Below are positions 12,715 to 24,658 of a stretch of 58,007 nt of DNA, in pieces. This DNA is from Octopus bimaculoides (taxonomy: Eukaryota): contig NC_068984.1 in the NCBI RefSeq assembly GCF_001194135.2, positions 69,046,978 through 69,104,984 of the forward strand. Reading direction: 5' to 3'. The notes below the pieces were generated by a model. The model did no database searches. It was not told the origin of the DNA and was given only the letters and a program-made list of their open reading frames with translations. The stretch's first letter is position 1, and each line of letters starts with the position of its first letter. The position numbers and the translations under genes were made by a program.

Positions 12715-13384
12715 CCTTCTACTCAAATATTGCTGCTGTTATTGTTGCTGGTATTGTTATGTTACGATCATTATTGTTGCTACTAATGCTGCTTCGACTG
12801 AGTGCTGCTCATTACTATGACTGAAGTGATGTCTGCTGAAAGGTGTTGACTATCAAATCACCTCCCACTTTCTTCTCTTGTTGGACGGCCAGCAAAGATT
12901 TTAGCGTGGAAGCCAATTCCGAAATTTTATTTTTCTTATGTGAAACAATTTCGTATTCTTTCAAACTTTTGCCCGTGGGGCGAGTGAAAAAGCTGCCCGG
13001 CATTTGGTTTGGTTTGATCCAAATCCTCAGTGGGGACAGAATTGCAAAAATGTAGCAAACAGGGTGGCTAGATTCACCCAGAAATGAACCGCAAAGAATC
13101 TATCCCTGAATGGTCGGACGGAAATGGCAAAACTTACTTCACATCTCCCATCTACCTGACCGTCCTGCCTTTCTCCACTTCGCAGCAGACCAGAGTGGAG
13201 CGCTTGAGTTCTGGCACCCCGGTAGTCTGTTTGCTCCGCTAAGTGGAGGACTGAGCATACCGTTGCTAATGGTGCGTAGTCATATGTTGAAACTATGATG
13301 TCGTTTATCTTTCCTTGACAGTGAACAGGTATAGTCATCGTTTATTACATGTGCTCATCTCTTCTGAGTGAGCTGTAGTACTGA

Positions 13385-13766
13385 TTCACTGGGACATGCC
13401 ATGTAGATTATCAGGCAAGCTTTTTTTCTTTTTTGTTGAGTACAAAAATGACAGGTTTCCGAAGTCTGATGTGATGGTCACACTGAATCACTGCACCTCA
13501 CGAGATTTTGCAGTCTTCATTCTCGATGACTCCTTCTGAGATGTTGGCATACCACGTCTTTGCTCTCTCTAGGCCGTGATTTCCACAGTGCTCCCAATGG
13601 TTCATTCTTGCCACATCGTTATGTCTTTTGTAATGAAGTTGTGCCAATTTCGCGCATTCGCTAACAATATGCCGAACCGTTTCACCCTTCTCACCATACA
13701 CTCTGCATTTGTCGCTCTCGGTTGTGTTGTCAATTCTGCATTCCTCATAGTTCGTCCTTAACGTTT
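13385..13766 (-). mobile_element. R4/Dong-like non-LTR retrotransposon fragment: zinc knuckle plus start of restriction-like endonuclease
   Basis: TLRTNYEECRIDNTTESDKCRVYGEKGETVRHIVSECAKLAQLHYKRHNDVARMNHW...IENEDCKIS*...IQCDHHIRLRKPVIFV..(fs)CLIIYMACP; CCHC with C-to-Y, RH[DN] motif, KPD decayed to KPV; stop and frameshift. Confidence 0.85.
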
Positions 13767-13774
13767 CTCATTGT

Positions 13775-13857
13775 TTTTGTTGCTGTTGGTGTTGTTGTTG
13801 TTGTTCTTCTTCTTCTTCTTCTTCTTCTTCTTCTTCTTCTTCTTCTTCTTCTTCTTG

Positions 13858-13906
<49 letters not shown>

Positions 13907-13926
13907 CATTATTATTATTATTATTA

Positions 13927-13967
<41 letters not shown>
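13775..13967. repeat. Compound trinucleotide array (GTT)n-(CTT)n-(ATT)n
   Basis: Visible; source of the poly-I/L/R/N/K pseudo-ORFs. Confidence 0.97.
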
Positions 13968-14184
13968 GATTTCAAATTTTGGCAAAAGGCTAGCAGTTCC
14001 TGGGGAGGGGGTTAAGACGATTACATTGACCCTAGTTTTCAGCAGGTACTTATTTTACCAATCTCCGAAAGGATGAAAGGTAAAGTCGACTTCGGCGAAA
14101 TTTGAACTTAGAACAAGAAGACGGGCGAAATATTACAAAGCATTTTGCCCGGCATGATAGCGATCCTGCCAGCTCACCAACTTA
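13968..14184 (-). mobile_element. tRNA-derived SINE with (AAT)n tail
   Basis: Antisense head CCTGCCAGCTCACC, B-box AAATTTGAACTTAGAAC, 3' end AAAATTTGAAATC running into the (AAT)n array. Confidence 0.85.
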
Positions 14185-14954
14185 GTCATTATTATTATTA
14201 ACACAATGCCCAGCTCGTCTCACAACAACTTAATCGCATTGACCAGGATATCAGGTATATCCTTGCTTAATCATTATCCCGCTGTTTATTGTTGTGAATG
14301 TCTGAGAGTAACAGATAATTTCTCAGTGAGCTGTTTCAGTTGACAGTTTCAATAGCACGATGAAATGAACTCATTCAGTTATATAGCTAACACCGCTGAA
14401 AACGGCTTTTTCTCAAGCTCTCTCCTTCTCTTCCACTATAAATGTGTAACTAAATACACAGATTTAACTATCAGTGTTTTGTATTTTTGAAATGGTATTG
14501 CTATAAGTAGTGTCCACGTAGATACTAAATTTCACTGATAAGATCTCTGCTGGACAAAGTATCTTTATCGTCCCGAATAAAATAGGCATTATCAGTATGA
14601 TGCTGTACAATTATTTTACAAATGTTATTTAAGTGTGTCAGTAGATCATACATAATTATGCAATTATTTACAATAATCATCGCAATGGACACAAGTATTA
14701 AAATACAAATAAAACGCGTGAACCAAGTATTTTCCTCTACATAGAGAAGTAATTACGTTGGTTATATAAATACAGGCAGTGCACCTATTTTAAACGAAAA
14801 TTTCCTTGAAAATTTGCAAGAAATATATAACGGAAAATTAGTTACAGAAAAATGCAGGCTAGTAACGGAACAGTTCTCCCTTATTTCTTATCTTCTATCT
14901 TATTTATGAATAATATATTCATTCTAGAATTCAATATCAAAGAAATGATGTGTG

Positions 14955-14988
14955 TGTGAGTGTGTAAATGTATGTATATCTATATCTG

Positions 14989-15057
<69 letters not shown>

Positions 15058-15060
15058 ATA
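14955..15060. repeat. (TA)n/(TG)n/(TATG)n microsatellite
   Basis: Visible in sequence. Confidence 0.95.
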
Positions 15061-15140
15061 CAGGTACACAATCCTTTATCCAGAACCATTGAGCGCAGTT
15101 GAATTCTGAATTTCGGATTTCTTTTGCGGATTTTAGAACA
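15061..15140 (+). mobile_element. Possible pogo/Tigger-like TIR remnant
   Basis: TA|CAGGTACACAATCCTTTATCCAGAACC...GAATTTCGGATTT resembles Tigger-type termini; partner TIR not found. Confidence 0.3.
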
Positions 15141-15553
15141 AAAACCAGCTGCCCCAGATTGTAAACTAAACGTCAAAACAGACGTCCTACTACGGTAACA
15201 AAAGATGGAAATACACTCACAATCTGTTGGAAAAAATAATGATTTATTTATAGAATTATACACTGATAAATGAAATAGTGAGATAATTAAGATCACGAAT
15301 AACAAAATACATATAGTGAGATAAATTGAAACAAAGGCATACTAACCACATATACATTTATACACATTACCATTATATTTCTGTAGAGAGACGCACAAGT
15401 ATTCGCACTAATTTGAATAAAGAAGGACTACTGGATAGAGCAAATGGTAATGGCTGCTTGTGACAGTGTGCCTATGCATTTACATATTGTTGCTGCTCTT
15501 TATATCTTTATCTTCGCCATTGTAGAAAGAGAGAAGGTTGAAATAAATTCATT

Positions 15554-15858
15554 GGTACTTCGTCGGTTAAGACGACGAGTGTTCCAGTTGATACGATCAA
15601 CGGAACAGCCTATTCGTTGAAATTAACTTGCAAGTGGCTGAGCACTCCACAGACACGCGAACACTTACCTTCGTTCTTAAGGATATTCACCGTGACACAG
15701 AATGTGACAGAACAAGCCCTTTGAAATACAGATATTTCTCATTTTTGCCAGCCGAGTGAACTGGAGCTACGTTGAATGTAAATGTCTTGCTCAAGGACAT
15801 AATGAACCGGTAGGAATCAAACTCTCTACCAAACGAATACCTCAACCACTAAACCACA
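15554..15858 (-). mobile_element. tRNA-derived CORE-like SINE (octopus OR-type)
   Basis: Antisense CORE-like TGTCTTGCTCAAGGACA, body GTGGCTGAGCACTCCACAGACAC, decayed tRNA head near 15810-15858. Confidence 0.75.
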
Positions 15859-15865
15859 CTGAAAC

Positions 15866-15960
15866 AACTACCGGTGTTGATTTGACCGACTAAATCTCTT
15901 CAAAGCGATGCTCTAGCAGAGTCGTAGTCTAGTTACCTGAAACCGATAAAACAATAAATA
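15866..15960 (+). mobile_element. 3' fragment of the SINE family seen at 5352-5985
   Basis: CTTCAAAGCGATGCTCTAGCAGAGTCGTAGTC aligns by eye with TTTCAAGGCGGTGTCCCAGAATGGCCGCACTC at about 5938-5970. Confidence 0.45.
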
Positions 15961-16534
15961 GAAGATAATTGTGCGAAAGTTATATTTTTATCAAGTATCC
16001 TATAAAAGCGTTACTCCGATAAGACCGCAGTATAATGGCTGAAAAGAGTAAAATAATAAAAGATTTGGATGAGGCATATGTTAAACGCTATTCTTTGAAA
16101 GGACGATTAACAAACGTTGAACAAGATGAGAGCTACTGATCAAGAAGATTTTTCTTATTTGGGATAATATTAATACAATTATGTAGTTACGAGGGGCATA
16201 TCCCTTGCTATTCTTTCTATGAAGATATGCAATAATGCTTTCCAAACTTAAGCTTCTAGTTAGACGTTTAGAAAGGAAGATAAAGAGAGTCCTTGAGGTA
16301 AAGCTCTTTTCAACATTATTAGCGATGTAACTAAAACTAATTGATACCAACGTGCTGTTAAAACTGTCAACTAAATCAGCTCGCAGTGAGATTATCTGTT
16401 GCTCTGAGGCATTCACTACATGAAACAGCGTAATAATGATTAAGCAAAGATATATCTCCTTATCTTGGCAAAAGTATCTGATACAATTAGGTTATCGAGA
16501 GAAACTTTAAGAGACAACATGGTGGGCACCATGT

Positions 16535-16672
<138 letters not shown>

Positions 16673-17227
16673 TGACCCGATGCAGTACCAGGCAGTGGCT
16701 TTCATGGCTTCTCATCTTAACTGATTGGAAATGTTACCATGTACATTGTTTTGTTTTAGTGTAAAAGTTGGGCTACAGCAAATATTTTGCTCAATACCAC
16801 AGATTTATTTGTTAGTTGTTTGACCTTAACCAGTTGAGCATGTCCCTTAGTGGCTGACGATATGTACATCTCTGATCACGAGCAGAAGTGGTGGGGGAGC
16901 ATCATAGCCATGTGTTGAGATGAATTCTTTGGGGTTTGGATAATTCACATCTAGAAATATGAGTCTTTCGTTCAACATCCTTAAACAGCCTTTATTCAAG
17001 GACCTTTTGAGCGAGATGGGCTACTCTAACTGGGCCCCACCTGCAAGGTCATGCGCTGTTTATCTTGATATGAGATCACCATGTCGTCCACATGTAGTTG
17101 TGATGCATGTGCCTGGTGTACCCTTATCAGACGGGTAGTCATGATGGGTACACTGTGTTTCCTATACTTTACCCCAGTGTCACTTTGATGACATGCACTG
17201 CTCTCTCACTCAATAATAATAATAATA
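16673..17227 (+). mobile_element. About 540-bp non-coding interspersed element bounded by (TAA)n on both sides; probable retroelement 3' UTR or SINE-like element
   Basis: Higher GC than flanks, no ORF, ends CTCTCTCACTC(AAT)n, starts directly after a (TAA)n array, structured 3' domain at 17104-17197. I recall this as a high-copy octopus repeat but cannot verify that here. Confidence 0.6.
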
Positions 17228-17559
17228 GTGATTTATTTGACTACAGAACCGAACTCGTTGAGGATAGAACAATATCAAACTCAAAAAAGATGAGTAGAAC
17301 ACTGTAGGAGCTGCGTCATGGAAAAGTGCGTGATTAACACTTAATAATATAGAGATATAGAAAAATAATTATCAAAAGATAACAGCACTAATAGTGATCA
17401 ACAAAATAGTTAGAAAGAATCTATACAAGTGTAGACAACTATATATGACATTTAGGGGGTTACGTCACGCAAAACACTGAATTACCCTGACACACTCAAA
17501 TACATCTTCCAGTTCCGACCGCCAAAACATAGCTCCATAGATAATGTAAGTCAGACTGA

Positions 17560-17940
17560 TTTTGTCGATCCTGCACATATGCCATAAATTTGACTGAAAA
17601 GCATTACATCCCTCTGTAACTGTATTTTATCCCTGTGATACAGAAGGGGAACTTACGGAGGAAGGTGCTATGCTTGTGAGGTCATCACTTGCAATAAATT
17701 GCTATTTTGTAACGTTCCAACCGCATCAGATGGGTTTTTCTTGCACATATACGATTGAATGATGATCAAATTCGAGCTATTCAGCTTGGTTAGCGGCAGA
17801 TGACCGCGATACAGTCATCGTAGCCCACCGTTCCCAATGCGTCATTTCTTGTGATTGATCAGTTCGAAAAATTGTTTCTGAAATAACTGTACACATCTGA
17901 CTGGAATAAGATTACATGCTCTAGTTGTGGGCCGTCATAT
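17560..17940 (+). mobile_element. Possible very decayed AP-endonuclease remnant of a CR1-group LINE
   Basis: Fragments EGAMLVRSSL, HRSPP and HALVVGRH are loosely collinear with GG.A..VRSSL, YRSP and ..GDFN. Confidence 0.25.
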
Positions 17941-18446
17941 AAAGAAGTGTGCTTTTGTCACTTCACTGCATCTCTGCCATCTGGATCCATGAAGCGGCTT
18001 TCGATTTATTGTGTTTAAGAGGGAACGCTGTAGCATAAACAACGCTTGCTTCGTGTTTCATGTCAAGAAAGGTGATTAAGCACCACTTTCACTGAAAGCA
18101 CGTCGTATGTGATGTTTCCTCTAACTATTGTTTACTATTGCAAAGCCCAACACATTTTGTTTATTTCCTTTTTCTTTTTTGTGTGAGAAGTACTTTGTAT
18201 TAATAATTTCACCTGTGACTTCGAGTTTAATTCGTGCGGTAATCAGGTCTTTTAAATGTTCCCTTCGTGAAAAGTGTGTTCAGCTTACAATATCCGGAAC
18301 TACGTTTAGTATAGAGATCATGAATATGTGATTTTCGTAGCGACGTACCCGAAACTGTAGACAATTTACATTATCCCTATCAGTTAGCTTGATGGAAACT
18401 AAGTACAACTTAAATATTCATCTATGAGTTCATCCGATTTAATATT

Positions 18447-18657
18447 GGTTTCAAATTTTGGCACAATGCCAGCAATTTCTGGGTAATGGATAAAGTCGAT
18501 TTATCTATCACAGTGCTCAAATGGTACTTACTTTTTTGACCCCGAAAGGATGAAAGGAAAACTTTACTTCGGCGGAATTTGAACTTAGAATGTGAAAACA
18601 GACTAAATGGTGCAAAGCATTTTCCCCGACGTGTTAATTATTCTGCCAGCTTGCCTT
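18447..18657 (-). mobile_element. tRNA-derived SINE
   Basis: GACCCCGAAAGGATGAAAGG, CGGCGGAATTTGAACTTAGAA and TTCTGCCAGCTTGCC in antisense. Confidence 0.85.
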
Positions 18658-18679
18658 CTTGTCTGATTTAAAATTGCGA

Positions 18680-19800
18680 AATCCAGAAACCAAGGTGATA
18701 GCTGTCATTCAATTGGAACTGCCTGAGCAAGTTCCGAGTTTGATTTGACTTGTTTCATATCACTGCTTTCGTACAGTACCCTGCGGGCGTCTGAGATGCC
18801 ATTCCAGTAATTCCAGTAACACTAGTGAACGAGATGCTCTGTGGAATGTTTTTAGACGTCTAAATGAATTCAGTTTTCTAGTTCCTATTTAGTGTAAACA
18901 ACCTGCACTCGAAAATTAATGTTTTCCTCCAATGCTGCTTGTATCCAGAACTACCGTTATTATCCACATCTAGGAAAATTTCGCTTAACTGTAAACCTAG
19001 GAAGTAGAGAATTAGCAGTGTCAATTTATTCGATCTGCACTTACCAAAAAGTGTTTAGAGTATATATTTATACGGAAGGATGGTGTTTTTTTACTTCAGG
19101 CTGTTGTTGGTGTCGTTGTTGTTGTTCCTTTTGTTGTCGTTGCTGGAAATGTGGTAGTAGGTGATGTCCTTTTTCGTCACAGTCTTTTGTTTTATTTATT
19201 TATTTTAATATTCGAGTTGGCAAAACTTTTGTGCAGCTCACTAAAGACGTCTTTTGTCACATCGCTCTTCCTCTTTGCCGATCCTTTTATTTCTATCATT
19301 TCTCCATCTGTTCACTGCCACACACGTTAACTTCTTCATTTGATGCATTGGAATGTGTCAAAATTGTTTCCTTGTGTGTTTAAACCTGTTCTTACATGTT
19401 TGTATCTTGTTGAAAGTCTCTTTTTTTCTTTCGGAACGGAGGCATTTCAGTTTGCTGTTGATGAAGCTCGTATTTTCCCCGACTGTTGTTGGTGTTGGTT
19501 TTTCTACTGCCTATTTTGTTGTGATTTTAGATGTAACTACAACTGAAATACTGGAAGCTGCAAGGGGTGTCGCTCAAAACTTTGTTATTCTGTTTGATAC
19601 AGAATGTTCACAATTGGTTGGTTTTGTTATTGCATTTCGACCACCACATTATTTTGCATTTTCGAACAAGAACCTGTGAAAGGTTTGGGGCTTCAAGATC
19701 CCCAAATCCATCATATCTGGAACTCCACTGATATCGCTTCAGACTCTGTTGAGGAATAGCACGTTAACTATCTTCATTTTTGTAGTTTGTTAACGCATGA
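18680..19800 (-). mobile_element. L1/Tx1-like LINE 5' fragment: decayed ORF1 plus AP-endonuclease
   Basis: Minus strand gives RVQVVY, RRLKTFHRASRSLVLL, YWNGISDAR (cf. LVLLGDWNAILDAR) and NLLRQFQLNDSYHLGF at about 18680-19000; a low-complexity T/K/Q-rich ORF1-like stretch with stops lies upstream (19090-19780). Confidence 0.6.
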
Positions 19801-20159
19801 GAATTATATAAGGGCAAACTTTTGTGATCTGAAAGTTGTATTTTGTATTCTACGTATTTTCTGTCACTACATAACCCGCAGCAGCCTTACGTCTTTAAGG
19901 CATTTGTGCTTGTGCTGGTCTGGGATTTTCCAACTTCAATTTTATCGTTTCAGACAGTAGTATGGTACTGTTACTCTAGAATTAATTCACTCTTAATTAA
20001 CTCGGATCAAAGGAGAAAAGTGAATAAAATCTTACCATTATTTAAACATTTCATGTATATTTATTCTATATTCAACTACTGCCATAAATATGAATTTCTT
20101 ATATTGATTGAAATTTTCGGGTGGGAAACTCTTGATTACATCAGTTCAGTACTTAACTG

Positions 20160-20440
20160 CTACTTACTTTATTGTCACCAAAAACGAAAGATAAAGTTGA
20201 CCTCGATGAGATTTGAATACCAGCCGTAAAGGATCATAAATAAAGTTTGCATTTATGATTGCTAACAGAGGCTCTATGTCACACATTCGGTGGGATGCTT
20301 TAGTCGATTTTATCGTTTCTACTACTTGACTCGAAAAATAAAATCCAAAGTCGATTCCAGTAGGATTTGAACTCAGAACAAAAAAGGGCGTGACTAAATT
20401 CCTGCCATGAATATTTGTAACGCTATTTTATCCGCAGCGC
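20160..20440 (-). mobile_element. Two degenerate tRNA-SINE fragments
   Basis: AAAGTTGACCTCGATGAGATTTGAA and AAAGTCGATTCCAGTAGGATTTGAACTCAGAAC. Confidence 0.5.
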
Positions 20441-21494
20441 AACATCCAAGCTTCCAGGATTAATAAGTAATAAACTTCAGTAAGGTATTGTAGGTCAATT
20501 CATTCATATATATACAAATCAGTTTTCTTTTTTTCCTCTACAATGTTGGCTTAGTGCCTGCGCAAAAAGAAAGCATTAAACAAGACATATATGAAACTAC
20601 TGCAAATAATTCGTTTATCTCGTCCAAATGCCTGATCCACACTGATTTCGTCCAGCCAACTGATAAATTATATTTAAATCTTTAAACTCCTAAAGTATCC
20701 AAATGTGCCAGCAAAAAGACATCAGAGGGAAGGTTATAATACGCACACATATACCATCATGCACATATACTTACAATGTTTATATTATATACAAGTATTC
20801 ATGCATATTTTCCTGTTTATATCAGGGTATCAAGTAATCTTTTAAAATCTTTTACAAAGCAAATCAAAAGTGTTTCTGATGTTTATGTTTCAACTGTTAC
20901 ATTATATCACCGCTTTCAAAACACCATGGTATACGTAAGTAGTAAAAATCTAGATGCGGCTCTCTTCGCTTTTCCGCTGATAAAGGCGTCACGTGCCCAT
21001 GTATATGAATGTCTGACTGTTAGAAATAAGATCGTGTCCAGAAAAGATATCGAATTATTTTATGCATTTATTTCAGTATATGCCTTGATTTTATTTTTAA
21101 GTGTCTCTTCGTTTTAACTATACTTATATATCATTGCATTTGGTCGATGCTTCTTACTAACTATAGTTACTGCAAAGATTTCTGAGCTCTATTTTTTTTT
21201 CTCCTACATTTATAAAAGTCCTATTTCTGTGATTTACTCTCAATGCTGCAGGTTCTGTTTCATAGTCATTTTTGTATCTACATTTTACCTCAAATAAAAG
21301 TAAAAACAAATACAAAAGAAAGAAATATTGTTAAGTAGAACGTCTAAAACCTCAGGTTGTTCTGAGACAGGAAAGGTTCAACTAAGTAGCATAATGTAAT
21401 CTTATTATTGCATTGAATATACCTTTTCTTTAGCTCTATCTGTGGAATTCAAAAGAAAAATATGTAATAAAATGTACATACATAAAATGGTGGA

Positions 21495-21585
21495 CTGTTG
21501 GTTGGCTGGTATGTTGGATGGTTGGCTGGCTGGCTTGTTGGATAGATAGATGGATGCATAGATGAATGGGTAGATGGATGGTTGG
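21495..21585. repeat. Degenerate tetranucleotide array (GTTG/GCTG/GATG/GATA)
   Basis: Visible in sequence. Confidence 0.8.
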
Positions 21586-22736
21586 AAGCACACTTTACTA
21601 TTTATCAGTTTTCTCTCTAATCTCTCTTTCAATTTTGCTACTCTACATCTCTTTCTAACTGTCTAATACTCACTCAGTTTTATTGTTCCTATTTTCAGTC
21701 TAAGACAGATAAATAGATTTGTGCTTCTGTTCCAATTGCTCAGAGCAAAACTGGAAAAAAAAGAAAAAGAGAAAGAAAATAGAATTTAAAAGGAAGAAAA
21801 AATTCAAAAACAAAAGAAACGAAAAATAGTGTCTTCAAATACAGAATAAAATGACAGGAAATAATTTATCTTAAAAGTATGCTGATTACGTACACAAAGA
21901 TGGAATTATGTTCTATCTTTGAGCAAACTTACTAAAAATAAAGCTTAAATTGAGATAAATTTAATTATATACAGACAACTCAACAAAACAATTCCAGCAT
22001 TTGTAACCAAGAAATTACCATTTGAATATATATATATATANNNNNNNNNNNNNNNNNNNNNNNNNNNNNNNNNNNNNNNNNNNNNNNNNNNNNNNNNNNN
22101 NNNNNNNNNNNNNNNNNNNNNNNNNNNNNNNNNNNNNNNNNNNNNNNNNNNNNNNNNNNNNNNNNNNNNNNNNNNNNNNNNNNNNNNNNNNNNNNNNNNN
22201 NNNNNNNNNNNNNNNNNNNNNNNNNNNNNNNNNNNNNNNNNNNNNNNNNNNNNNNNNNNNNNNNNNNNNNNNNNNNNNNNNNNNNNNNNNNNNNNNNNNN
22301 NNNNNNNNNNNNNNNNNNNNNNNNNNNNNNNNNNNNNNNNNNNNNNNNNNNNNNNNNNNNNNNNNNNNNNNNNNNNNNNNNNNNNNNNNNNNNNNNNNNN
22401 NNNNNNNNNNNNNNNNNNNNNNNNNNNNNNNNNNNNNNNNNNNNNNNNNNNNNNNNNNNNNNNNNNNNNNNNNNNNNNNNNNNNNNNNNNNNNNNNNNNN
22501 NNNNNNNNNNNNNNNNNNNNNNNNNNNNNNNNNNNNNNNNNNNNNNNNNNNNNNNNNNNNNNNNNNNNNNNNNNNNNNNNNNNNNNNNNNNNNNNNNNNN
22601 NNNNNNNNNNNNNNNNNNNNNNNNNNNNNNNNNNNNNNNNNNNNNNNNNNNNNNNNNNNNNNNNNNNNNNNNNNNNNNNNNNNNNNNNNNNNNNNNTAAT
22701 ATTCTAGAGAATATCTTTCTAAATAAAATTAACAAG

Positions 22737-22822
<86 letters not shown>
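22737..22822. repeat. (TAA)n microsatellite next to N-gap 22041-22696
   Basis: Visible in sequence. Confidence 0.97.
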
Positions 22823-22825
<3 letters not shown>

Positions 22826-23639
22826 TTTTAAAACGATAAAAAAGGTTAAATATTGTGTCAAAAAAGTTACATTTTTTTTTAAAGATAAAAAAATTGTATG
22901 GCTGAATTTTATCAAAAGATAAAAAGTGAAATCTTTATTATTGTATTGCAATTAGTTACATATTCTGAAAATGTATTCCAACAGTAAGTTTGCCAAAGAA
23001 CTATGGTAGACTGGAAAATAAAAGTTTAAATATTTTGTTGTATCGTATCTTTTCTCTGAATTGATATCGTTTTTGAATAAAGTTAGGTGATTCTTTGAGA
23101 GGAGGAGGGGGGGAAAGAGATAGAAATAAATAATAAAAAGAATAAACAGTATGTTGAGTATTAAATTTCATAATTTAATTTTTCATTTTTATCTGTCATT
23201 TCCGTATGTCAGTCTGAGTTGAATAAAATAACTTGATATCAAAATTACCGTCTCAAATGTACGAACACACGCAGAATTGACATTTTTTTCAGAAGCTATA
23301 ATTTTCAGAGACCAATGTAGTAATCAAGCAGATATTATTCTAGTCAACGTTCTAATGTATTTGGAGTTCAATTCTCATGCTGGTAATTTGTCCTTATTCC
23401 CGTTTTGCAGCAGGGAACTGCGCCAAACTGTTTGGGGAGATGGGGTGAAGAGTGAAACTTTATATCTCTAAGTGCAAACGATGCATATCACATATAATGA
23501 TTATAGTCATTGAAGAAAATTGAATTTCATACAACAGATCTTTTAAAAATATTTTTAAGTGAGAAAAACGCAGTTGAAACAGCTGTGGAATAAAACACCG
23601 CGTGCATAAACTGTATAAACTACATACAAACGAGGAATG

Positions 23640-24627
23640 GCATTAGCTGTAATATTTTGTCGCAGAGAAAATTCTCAAAGATACCAGCGTATTGAAAACA
23701 CAGTGCAGGTGAAGACACCAATGGGTCGCAGAGGGCGTTTCGACCTGATTTTGATCTCCTTAGTGATAATTCTGAACTAAACTGAAAATACTTGTTCCGA
23801 TACAGAATGTGGTCTAGGATGTCTTTGTGAGTTCAACAGCAGCAATATACTAGATGTTGATCTCAAATTTAGTAGTTCTTGAGAGCTAAAGTATTTCCTA
23901 GCTCTAATGGAAAAGAGCGTTCTTCAGAAGTGTTCCACGGTGATAATGAAGCCTAGCACTTGAAGCTGTGCGGAGAAGTGTAGCTTAACGTCAATGTGAG
24001 ATGCATTAAGATTGATATATTCTCTGATTATTGTTGTCCTTTTTTGTTGAAGTCAAAGGAAATGAGATTACCATCCTCACTGTTAGGATCTTTCGATATT
24101 TCTGTTCATGGGGGCAATACAGAGTCGGTGGGAGGTTTCCACCTTTATGTGGAAGATGCTTACCTGTAGAAGATTAGGGAGGAATACATATTGGTATCAT
24201 GTAACATGTAGGACTGGATATTACTGGAGCTGACGGTTAACAGGTCGTTAGCGTACCAGTGAAGAGCGTTGAAAACAAAATCGAAAACTGGAGTAAACTA
24301 GTTTTGATAGAGTAGGGGTCAAAACGAGTACCACCTACACGCGTCATTATTGGTAATTTGGTAGGAAGCTGCTGCCAAATGAAACAGTTGAGAGACATAT
24401 GGCACTCATATGGGGGTAGTCTTGACAACAAATTCGTATACCCCATACGGCCAAAGGTTTTACTGTTGTCGAAGACAACAACCCTGCTTTCACCAAATCT
24501 TTCAAGGGCAAAAATTCACGAATGAGTTACGTTTAACAGATCTTGGTCAGGAAGCTGCAGTGTCAGAGCTGTTGCTCTTTTATAGAGTGGGGAAACGCTG
24601 AAGATCAAATTATATCCACAGAGAGCA

Positions 24628-24658
<31 letters not shown>

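Noticed and set aside
16081-16430. Possible mariner helix-turn-helix remnant on plus and a 111-aa ORF on minus
   Set aside because: Similarity needs several frameshifts, and no TIR or catalytic motif is present.
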